Notes under the pieces: generated by a model | What the model was told of the DNA's origin: nothing | Database searches by the model: none | What the model saw: the letters and a program-made list of their open reading frames with translations, nothing else | IMG/VR virus record: IMGVR_UViG_3300035208_006730 | DNA from: a virus | Lineage: Duplodnaviria > Caudoviricetes | DNA length: 64,000 nucleotides | Reading direction: 5' to 3' (one strand) | Program-made: the position numbers and the translations under genes | Part shown: positions 1 through 7,957 of the stretch, one piece after another | Layout of the letters: each line of letters begins with the position of its first letter | Position numbering within the stretch: the first letter of the stretch is position 1

Positions 1-321
1 ATGTTCAAGTGTATGGATTAGAAAGATATTGTCGTATTTTTCAGGAAGCTTTACAGTTTCGAAAAGTGAATGAATAATTGTAACATCTACTTTTTTTCTT
101 GCTTCTTCTATGGCTTCAGCTGAAGCTTCAACACAAGTAATGTTCTCTAGCCCTCCTAATCTTTCAGTAAAATCTCCACGAGAACTTCCTAATTCAAGAA
201 AGTTTCGACCTCTAATAAAAGGGGCAATTGAACGAAGCATGAATGAATGCATAAGATAGTCAAAGTTATAGACGTATTTATGGTTAGATGTATCCTGATT
301 CTCCTGATTATAATCTCTCAT
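1..321 (-). CDS. Class I SAM-dependent methyltransferase (partial, runs off left edge; not in ORF track)
   Basis: Manual translation from ATG at 321: MRDYNQENQDTSNHKYVYNFDYLMHSFMLRSIAPFIRGRNFLELGSSRGDFTERL...ITCVEAS...YDNIFLIHTLEH. SAM motif I (LELGxxxG) and downstream motifs present; AAGGAG RBS upstream. Confidence 0.85.
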   Translation of the reverse strand, partial: MRDYNQENQDTSNHKYVYNFDYLMHSFMLRSIAPFIRGRNFLELGSSRGDFTERLGGLENITCVEASAEAIEEARKKVDVTIIHSLFETVKLPEKYDNIFLIHTLEH

Positions 322-349
322 CTAGTCTCCTTAGAAGAAAACTAGATTT

Positions 350-378
350 AGTATATTCTTTATTTTTTTGCCATGGAA
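350..378 (-). promoter_or_regulatory. Putative promoter TTCCAT-N17-TATACT
   Basis: Lies in the intergenic gap upstream of the methyltransferase; same layout as sites at 34589-34617 and 53990-54018. Confidence 0.5.
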
Positions 379-401
379 GAGCTGGTATTCCTTAATAAGA
401 A

Positions 402-959
402 TTATATAAGATTCCAGTAGTTACTCTCAATGCAAATTTTTCTGTAATCATCAGACGTTATGCCAACAAGAATTTCATCTAAGTACTCATTGTGTCTAAA
501 AATCCACTCTCTACGACAACCCTCTTCTATCCAACCAAGTTTTTTATAGAAATTCAGACTAGGAGTATTAGTCGATAATATTGAGCCATCAAGTCTATGA
601 AGACCTAGCTCATCAAATGCAAATCTCATTGTTGCCATTACAGTGTCGAAACCAAGACCCTTCTTTCTATTTTGTGTGTCGCCTATCATTAGGCCATGCC
701 AAGCTCTTTTGTTCCTCCAATTAATTTCAATAAGACTAGAGATGCCTATCGGCACTTCTTCAAAAGAAACAATAAAGCGCTGATCTAATGGCTCAGCTTC
801 TAGTTTTTTAATCCAATTTAGATGATAATTTTTAGAGTTAGGGAAATAAATTGTACCCATGGACTCTTGAGTATCTGTATCATCCGCCCATTTTTTTAAA
901 AAGGGAAGATCCTCTTCTTCTATCGCTCGAAGAATAACAAGTTTTCCTTTAATATTCAT
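402..959 (-). CDS. GNAT (RimJ/RimL-type) N-acetyltransferase
   Basis: VILRAIEEEDL, RKKGLG acetyl-CoA loop, FDELGLHR, N..SLNFYKKLGW..EG. Confidence 0.9.
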   Translation of the reverse strand: MNIKGKLVILRAIEEEDLPFLKKWADDTDTQESMGTIYFPNSKNYHLNWIKKLEAEPLDQRFIVSFEEVPIGISSLIEINWRNKRAWHGLMIGDTQNRKKGLGFDTVMATMRFAFDELGLHRLDGSILSTNTPSLNFYKKLGWIEEGCRREWIFRHNEYLDEILVGITSDDYRKICIESNYWNLI

Positions 960-962
960 TTA

Positions 963-1901
963 TTACTCCTGAAGGACTGCTACACCAAAACCATATTTTC
1001 CAAATTCATTCCCATTGTAGAGCATGAAAGTTTTATTGTTGAATTTAAAAACATGAGGATAGTGCTGCATTTGTGAATCCCAACCATTTGACGATAAGTC
1101 TATTCCAGCAAGTTCATCTTGTCTGTTCCAAACAAAAGCGTTTTTAGACCAAGCGTATCCAATTCTGTATCCTCTATCATTATTTCTAAAATTAAAAGCA
1201 GGTCTATAACTAAAAAACATATGATATATACCGTCACTAAAAAATACATCAGGACCTGCCTGACATTCTTCTTCTTGTAAAACGCTGCTTATTAAATCTC
1301 TATTTTCCTTCTGCCAATTAATTCCATCATTTGAAATTGCTAGTCTTATTTTATAAGTAGAATCAATATAATCTTTGCTAGAAGTCCATTTCTCTCCAGC
1401 TAGATAATACATAAACCATATTCCATTGAAAATTCTTACTTTTGGACCGCTCAACTCAAATGGTTCTAATAGAGAGTTTGTTAAGATTGGTCCTTTTCCA
1501 TATCTTTTAAAAGAAATTCCATTATCATCGCTTATAGCTAAACCTATAGAAACAGTATACGGAACAGACTGACATCTTGTCCATCCTCCATAATACAGTC
1601 TAATTGAATTATCATATTTAATTATCGATGTAGGATAAATTCCAAACTCATCAAATGTTCCTAATTCTCCTAGGGAAAGAATTGGTTTCTTGGCAATATT
1701 AATAACTTTAAAATTCTGATCTAAGTCTATAAAAGCTGTATAGCTAACATACTGATTATTTTTTGCTTCGGGTCTACAGGAAAAATATACTCTTATAAAT
1801 TCATCAAAAATAAGCGTACTAGTACACTGGGCATGAGAGTTCATCCACGAAATTTTAAACATCTGTGGATTAAATACTTGTCCTAGTTTCTTCCATTTCA
1901 T
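963..1901 (-). CDS. Five-bladed beta-propeller glycoside hydrolase-like protein (GH32/GH130-like), typical of glycan loci
   Basis: MKWKKLG N-terminus; repeated blades IGLAISDDNGISF, IRLAISNDGINW, IGYAWSKN; ends MLYNGNEFGKYGFG. Confidence 0.7.
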   Translation of the reverse strand: MKWKKLGQVFNPQMFKISWMNSHAQCTSTLIFDEFIRVYFSCRPEAKNNQYVSYTAFIDLDQNFKVINIAKKPILSLGELGTFDEFGIYPTSIIKYDNSIRLYYGGWTRCQSVPYTVSIGLAISDDNGISFKRYGKGPILTNSLLEPFELSGPKVRIFNGIWFMYYLAGEKWTSSKDYIDSTYKIRLAISNDGINWQKENRDLISSVLQEEECQAGPDVFFSDGIYHMFFSYRPAFNFRNNDRGYRIGYAWSKNAFVWNRQDELAGIDLSSNGWDSQMQHYPHVFKFNNKTFMLYNGNEFGKYGFGVAVLQE

Positions 1902-2596
1902 CTTAATTCGTACTCCTGTAGATATTCTTGTATCTTATTTTTTGAATTAAACATAATTACATCTAAAACGGAAAGCCACGGAACAAAATTATCTCCAAAC
2001 TGTAAGTAGGAAAGATTCTCATTCGTAAATAAGAAAGAGAGTTTAATTTCATTAAAATTTTTCCGATGATAAAGCTCAGTACCACCTCGAGGATTAATGT
2101 ATTGGTCTACTTTTAATTCCTTACAGATAGCTATAATCTTATCTTCTCCTTTTAATGAGTGATCAATTGAAATAGTAGAAGAGATAATAAATGGAGTTGT
2201 GATTTCTAGATAAGAATTTACTTTTTGAAGAGATCTTAAAAGATACTGAAAAAGATTAATTTCCTCAATATCAAACACTTCTTCGAGTAATTTGCTTCCT
2301 TCGTTAAAAAACGGAGCTCCGTTGTAAGCAGTAATAACTTTATTTAAAATTTTCTTTTTGTCTTGCTGCCAAGTTTCAGCTAGATACCTGTCTCTGATGT
2401 CCAACGTATCAGAATTCTTCTTTAGAGGTAGTGTAAAGTAAGCATCTTGTTCGTTCAGTAGATAACGATTTCTGTTGATCCAACCTTTTTTGGTGTATTG
2501 AATATTATCCCAAATCACAAACTTATCTACAACTGATATTAATTGGAAATATCCAATATACGGAAGAAAATAAGGTTGCATAATAGCGAGTTTCAT
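1898..2596 (-). CDS. wbqC: WbqC family protein
   Basis: MKLAIMQPYFLPYIGYFQLI...WINRN...YINP.GG.ELY...Y.QFG..FVPWLSVLDVIMFN signature. Confidence 0.9.
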   Translation of the reverse strand: MKLAIMQPYFLPYIGYFQLISVVDKFVIWDNIQYTKKGWINRNRYLLNEQDAYFTLPLKKNSDTLDIRDRYLAETWQQDKKKILNKVITAYNGAPFFNEGSKLLEEVFDIEEINLFQYLLRSLQKVNSYLEITTPFIISSTISIDHSLKGEDKIIAICKELKVDQYINPRGGTELYHRKNFNEIKLSFLFTNENLSYLQFGDNFVPWLSVLDVIMFNSKNKIQEYLQEYELR

Positions 2597-3423
2597 TAAA
2601 ATACTTCCGTATCCAAAAGAGGATTAAACTTGCATATTGTTTCAGGAAGAACGTTTGAAACAATTTCTTTCATTGTTTTTGAATATTGCCACCAATCTCC
2701 CAGAAGAAGATGTTCTTCAAACCACTTAATTCTTTCTTGGTATCCAATAGGGAATATTTTTTCATCTGCGCGAAAATCAAAACCATAAACTCCAATATTT
2801 AGGAAACGATTAATATGAGTTTGATAGGTTTTCCAATTTCCCTTTTTCAGAGCAAGAATCATAATTTCATCTAATCCAGTTGGTCTTCCATCAGGAAGCT
2901 GAATATGCCATCCATTTCTCGTAATAATAAAATTTTCTGCCAAAAATTGTTTAATAAAATTCTTTGTTATGACTGTTCCCCATGGACAATACCAGGGAAT
3001 AGGATTCTCAAAAAAACCAAGATTATTTACTTCTTCTTTTCTATAGGTTTCACCAGTTAAAAAACATGCAGTGTCTGGTAGTGAGATTACTGATATATTT
3101 TTTTTAATAAATTGTAAAAAGTTTTTATGTAACAAAATGTCTTCTTCTACTGGAAGAAAGAAAGTATCCATATCTTCCAAGATAGTTTTTATTCCTTCCA
3201 TTGTATTTCTTGTTATACCATAATTACTTGGTCTTTTTATTATCTTTTTGGGAAATGGAAATTCTTCTGCAAGATGGTAGGTCTCTACAGCTGCCCCACC
3301 ATCAATTAAAAAAAATGTAGTAATATCAAAATCTTTAGCTAAATTTCGCGCTTCTTGTTCGTACTTTAAGGAAAGATAAAGCATCTCAGGTCGATTAAAA
3401 CATGTGCGAAAAATATAGTTCAT
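2596..3423 (-). CDS. GT-A fold glycosyltransferase-like protein
   Basis: FNRPEML, FLIDG, NYGITRN, VEEDILL (DxD-like), PWG, NIGVYG. Confidence 0.65.
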   Translation of the reverse strand: MNYIFRTCFNRPEMLYLSLKYEQEARNLAKDFDITTFFLIDGGAAVETYHLAEEFPFPKKIIKRPSNYGITRNTMEGIKTILEDMDTFFLPVEEDILLHKNFLQFIKKNISVISLPDTACFLTGETYRKEEVNNLGFFENPIPWYCPWGTVITKNFIKQFLAENFIITRNGWHIQLPDGRPTGLDEIMILALKKGNWKTYQTHINRFLNIGVYGFDFRADEKIFPIGYQERIKWFEEHLLLGDWWQYSKTMKEIVSNVLPETICKFNPLLDTEVF

Positions 3424-4058
3424 TTTAACCTCAAGATAAACGGATAGTTTTCTGGATTCTTTTTATCAAATGGAAAGGTTTGAGTTGCTTCAAAATTAAC
3501 TATCTCGTAGTTCCTTAATTTAAATTCTTGTTCCCAATCTTCTTTCGTGAGGACAACGTAATGTTCTATGGTCCAATTCGAATCAAATCTCTTCATTCCA
3601 TTTTTATTTAGAGGAACTGTGAGAGATACCTGAGATGAGACTTGTTGAAGTTTTTCAAATAATTCTGGATAAAAATTATAAGGAATATGTTCTATGATAT
3701 CAAGGGCAACAATCAGATCGTAAGTTTTTGTTATCTCAATATCTTGGGCTGCTTGATGCCTAATAAAAGAAGCGATTTCTGGAACAATTGGATGAGCGAT
3801 AGACCATTCAGAAATATCTATTCCTTCTGCTTCAACTCCTCGATCTCGAAAAGCTTTTATTAGAGAACCTCGTCCGCATCCTAATTCCAATACAGTATTT
3901 GGATGAAGAAGATGAATCAAGTCTTCTGCTATACCGTTCCATCTTTCGGTTCTATTGTAATGTTCTGGATCAGCAAATCCACCCGGAACATCTCCAAATT
4001 GATGTGCTCCGTTATATTTCTCTCCATAAAGTTCAGACATTAAAATTTTATCATACAT
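3420..4058 (-). CDS. Class I SAM-dependent methyltransferase
   Basis: VLELGCGRG, GIDISEW, YDLIVALDIIEHI. Confidence 0.9.
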   Translation of the reverse strand: MYDKILMSELYGEKYNGAHQFGDVPGGFADPEHYNRTERWNGIAEDLIHLLHPNTVLELGCGRGSLIKAFRDRGVEAEGIDISEWSIAHPIVPEIASFIRHQAAQDIEITKTYDLIVALDIIEHIPYNFYPELFEKLQQVSSQVSLTVPLNKNGMKRFDSNWTIEHYVVLTKEDWEQEFKLRNYEIVNFEATQTFPFDKKNPENYPFILRLK

Positions 4059-6087
4059 TTTCTACTCCAAGATCTGCTTCTACCATCATTCGAACTAGGT
4101 CTCTGAAATGAACTGATGGTCTCCATCCTAATTCTTCTCGAGCACGAGTCCAGTTAGCTTTCAAATAATTAACTTCTGCTGGACGATAAAGACCTGGATC
4201 TATTTCAATGAAATTCTGATAGTCTCCAAGACCTGCAATCTGAAATGCTAACTCGAGAAATTCCCGAATTGTGTGAGTTTCTCCTGTGCCAATAACATAG
4301 TCGTCTGCATAATCATGGTTAAGCATAAGCCACATTGCTTTAACAAAATCACCTGCAAATCCCCAATCACGAGCTGTATCTATATTTCCTAATTTGATTT
4401 TCTGAATCTTGCCCGCGACAATATCTTTGATTCCAAGTGTAATTTTTCTGGTGACAAAGTTAGATCCGCGACGAGGGGAATTCCCAACTATAGCTATCCC
4501 AATTCCAGCCATCACAATACCAGATTCTGTTTCTATGTCAAAGACATGTTGATTATCTTCAGATCTATTTATTATTTTTTTTACTATATTATTGTCTAAT
4601 ATTAAGTGGTCTCCTTTTGATCTAGTCTTATTGGGAGATCTTAAATTAATCTGATGATAAACTTTTCCATTTTGTTCAAATGTATTAATACAGTATTCAG
4701 ACTTTATAGTATTGTTAACCAAGTATAGAATCCCTTGGGCTAACAAGGGAGAGTTTGTTTTGAATGATTTAAATTCATAATTTGTTTTGTCTTGTTTAAG
4801 TCCATCAGCTTGATTATATCCTTTTAAAAATGCTAACTGAATTTCAGATTTTGCATTCAAAATAATTGCTGGTACTTTTTTATGTTTAGTGCGGGTTTCG
4901 TAAAGCATTTCTCTTAACACTTCGCATTGTGACTGAGTTAATCCGTGTAGGTCAACGTGAGTAGTTGTTCCATTATAACCAGATACATGACTGTTAATAG
5001 AAGAAGTAATATTAAAAAAGGTCTTTTTTGCTAAGGCAATAAAATTTTGTTGTATAATAGGGTCGTTATTTGTTAATCTTACTCCTTTCGAAATATGTCC
5101 ATCTCCTGCTAAAAGACCAAGTAATTCTGCAAATTCTTCTGTAATAAATTTACTAATTCTACAATCTGGATATCTTCCCAAAACCAATTGTGTTCCATTA
5201 GTCATTTCTCTCGCTTCTTTGGTTTCTATTTTAGTCTTAACTAATTTGTGATTTGGAGTTGTAGCAATAGAGGCTCCAGGAGCAATAGTTATTTGTCTAT
5301 ACTGATCTGTGGCATTTTGTAACATAGAAAGCTTTCTACGAGATACGGCTTTAAGTTTAACAAACTGATTTCCGTCCCATATATTTGTATTAAGAGAATC
5401 ATATTCTTTAATATATGTATTTGAGTCACTACTAATGTCTTTTCTATGAGGAACAAGGGAGGAAATATAGACAATGTCAATATCTCTATTTTCTTTTTCA
5501 ATTATCACTGGAGTATCAGCGAAGAAACACTCATGGTTGAAAAGTATCCCTGAAACAGCATACATATTATAGGCTTCTCGATAATGCTTTGTCCACCAAA
5601 ATCCTGCTAGTTTAGCGATGCCATAAGGAGAACGAGGATGAAATGGAGTCTTCTCACTTGAACCATTGACCGTAATGCTTTCAGTTAATCCTCCGAAAAG
5701 TTCGCTCGTACTAGCATTATAGAGCTTTGTATTAATTCCTGATACCCGAATTGCTTCGAGACAATTAAAAGTCCCAATTGCATTACAGTTAAAAGTATAG
5801 ATAGGCTGAGAAAATGAAGTTCCAACATGACTTTGCGCAGCAAGGTGATACATTTCATCAGCTCTAACCATCTTACAAATATTAGTCATACTAATTAAAT
5901 CTGTTACATCACCCTCTTCTAATCTAAAGTGAGGATTATCTAGTAAATGCTGAACGTTTCCTCCACTATTAGAAGAATTGCGTCGTTTAATTCCCACAAC
6001 ATCATAATCTTTTTCTAGAAGAAATTCAGATAAATATGATGAATCCTGACCACTAATACCAGTTATTATTGCAACTTTATTCTTCAT
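4051..6087 (-). CDS. gmd: GDP-mannose 4,6-dehydratase with intein (spliced product about 328 aa)
   Basis: ITGISGQDSSYL, HLAAQSHV, ASTSELFG, PRSPYGIAK, GILFNHE / SPRRGSNFVTRKIT, RDWGFAGD, RPAEV. Confidence 0.95.
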   Translation of the reverse strand: MKNKVAIITGISGQDSSYLSEFLLEKDYDVVGIKRRNSSNSGGNVQHLLDNPHFRLEEGDVTDLISMTNICKMVRADEMYHLAAQSHVGTSFSQPIYTFNCNAIGTFNCLEAIRVSGINTKLYNASTSELFGGLTESITVNGSSEKTPFHPRSPYGIAKLAGFWWTKHYREAYNMYAVSGILFNHECFFADTPVIIEKENRDIDIVYISSLVPHRKDISSDSNTYIKEYDSLNTNIWDGNQFVKLKAVSRRKLSMLQNATDQYRQITIAPGASIATTPNHKLVKTKIETKEAREMTNGTQLVLGRYPDCRISKFITEEFAELLGLLAGDGHISKGVRLTNNDPIIQQNFIALAKKTFFNITSSINSHVSGYNGTTTHVDLHGLTQSQCEVLREMLYETRTKHKKVPAIILNAKSEIQLAFLKGYNQADGLKQDKTNYEFKSFKTNSPLLAQGILYLVNNTIKSEYCINTFEQNGKVYHQINLRSPNKTRSKGDHLILDNNIVKKIINRSEDNQHVFDIETESGIVMAGIGIAIVGNSPRRGSNFVTRKITLGIKDIVAGKIQKIKLGNIDTARDWGFAGDFVKAMWLMLNHDYADDYVIGTGETHTIREFLELAFQIAGLGDYQNFIEIDPGLYRPAEVNYLKANWTRAREELGWRPSVHFRDLVRMMVEADLGVENV
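4480..5529 (-). mobile_element. Intein (350 aa) with LAGLIDADG endonuclease in gmd
   Basis: Starts CFFADTPV after NHE; block B TPNH; LLGLLAGDG and FLKGYNQADG; ends VFDIETE...IVGN, +1 Ser. Confidence 0.92.
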
Positions 6088-6853
6088 GATTTTTGTCCCA
6101 TTTGTAACTGTAACACTTAACAGGAGATGGTCCTATATACTTAAGTAAAGATAGAAATCCATTTTTACCTTCTATTCTAATTCTATTATTTGGAGTTAAA
6201 TGACTAGAAATTCCCTCTTTATCGAGTAAGATAACAAGTCTTTCATTATCTCCTTTTGTAAAAGCTTCAGTGCAAAAATAACCTCCATATGTTGCTCCAT
6301 TTTTTTCTTGATGTTTCGTACCATCTCCTAACCACCACCAAAGAACAGTTATTGGAGTTAATATCAAATCTTGTGGAATAAATTTTATTTTATCCTTATA
6401 CCATTTTGTTTGTTCATCTTTTAACTGCAAAGAACTTCTAGTTCTAGAGTGCCATCCTAATGTTTTTTTATTATATTTTGGAAGAGACCAAAGTAAACTC
6501 TCGGTTTTTGATATAATCTCATTTGCCATTTCTAAATATTTAAATCCAAATGAAGCTCTTGATTGATAACCCGTACATTCAAGATGTAAATCGCTTAATA
6601 ATAATCCATATAAAACTTCTTTTTCAACCGGGGAAAATGAAATTGATTTATTTTTCCAAAGTCTTGTGCATTCAGATGGAGATCTTCCATTAAAATCAAA
6701 ATATTTACACCATTTTTCTATGCAACTTATTGAACAAACTAGTTTTTGAGCAATTTTCGATTGACTTAAGTTTTGGTTATAATACATATCGTAAAGTAAT
6801 GTTTTAAACTCTTCTTTATCAATTCTAAGTTTCTTATGTAATCCTACTGGCAT
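6077..6853 (-). mobile_element. Free-standing LAGLIDADG homing endonuclease with N-terminal HTH
   Basis: LSQSKIAQKL HTH-like segment; LYGLLLSDLHL; LTPITVLWWWLGDG; FCTEAFT; YSYKW C-terminus. Confidence 0.85.
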
Positions 6854-7957
6854 CTATATTTCCTCGCAAGATTCAATGAATCGTTTGATACAAAGATCCC
6901 AGTTGAAATGTTTAACAAGATGCTTTCGAGCTTGTCGACCTTTTTCTTGTCCTTCTTCTGGATTATCAACAACTCTTTGCATCGTTTGAATTAGTTGTCC
7001 AATATCTGGTTGCGCCCATAACATATCACCTTCATACCAGGGAATCCAGGGCATTTTATTGGCTACAGTCAAAGAGTAATCCAATGGATAAGAGTTTTCT
7101 TCGGTCATAAAATCCATGTTACCTGAAAACCCTGTAGCAATAATTGGCTTACCAAAAGACATTGCATCAGCAATTGGCATTCCCCAACCTTCAGCTCGAG
7201 CTGGAGAAACGTAACAATCTCCTAGACGATGAAGCTGGTTGATTTCATCATGAGATAAAAGACCTCCAATAAGAAAGATTGGAGGATAATGTTTCAATGG
7301 TTGTTCTTTTTTCAAAGCAATAATTTGTTGTTTGATAAGATTCTTCTGAGCATCAGAAGTATCAGAGCCATAGGTCTTTAGGATTAGACAAACATTTTCA
7401 TTATTAGTAAATGCCGCCCAAAAAGCTTTCAGTAGTCCAGAAGGATTCTTCCGTTCTGTCCATTGGAAAATAGAATAAAACCTGTATTGAAAGCTATCTA
7501 TTCCTGATATTTCGTATTTCTTTCCTTCGCTTTCTTGAAGGGATACTCCTGGGGATACCATTTTGATCTTTTTGTGTACGCCAGAATTTTTAAAAACTTC
7601 TACATTCCAAGTACAAGGAACAAAGATTCCATCTATCTTGTTGCATTCCTCAACCCACAGTTTAGAAATTCTCGTAGTTTCAAACATTGTAAAACCAACA
7701 TTTTTCGTTGTCTCATCTTTGTAATTCTTGAAATGCTCAGGCGTTAGATTAACTATATTAATATCTGGTTTGATTTTATTGTTCTGAAGGTCCATGCATG
7801 TTTTTGATACTTTATCTTCAGCTGGTTTTACTTTCTCAAATGATACTAGATTTGTTTGTACGTTGTGTCCTCGAGAATGAAGCTCCCAAATAAAATTTCT
7901 GGAGAAGTTGCCATATCCTGAATGATCAAGGAATGGAGCTGTATATCGAATGTTCAT
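6854..7957 (-). CDS. Glycosyltransferase family 4 (GT-B)
   Basis: SGYG, FETT, VPCTWN, RKNP, RAEGWGMPIADAMSFGKPIIATGFSGNMDF. Confidence 0.9.
   Translation of the reverse strand: MNIRYTAPFLDHSGYGNFSRNFIWELHSRGHNVQTNLVSFEKVKPAEDKVSKTCMDLQNNKIKPDINIVNLTPEHFKNYKDETTKNVGFTMFETTRISKLWVEECNKIDGIFVPCTWNVEVFKNSGVHKKIKMVSPGVSLQESEGKKYEISGIDSFQYRFYSIFQWTERKNPSGLLKAFWAAFTNNENVCLILKTYGSDTSDAQKNLIKQQIIALKKEQPLKHYPPIFLIGGLLSHDEINQLHRLGDCYVSPARAEGWGMPIADAMSFGKPIIATGFSGNMDFMTEENSYPLDYSLTVANKMPWIPWYEGDMLWAQPDIGQLIQTMQRVVDNPEEGQEKGRQARKHLVKHFNWDLCIKRFIESCEEI

Noticed and set aside
6077-6853. Group I intron housing the endonuclease
   Set aside because: The flanking genes are intact and abut or overlap the ORF; there is no non-coding sequence for a ribozyme core.
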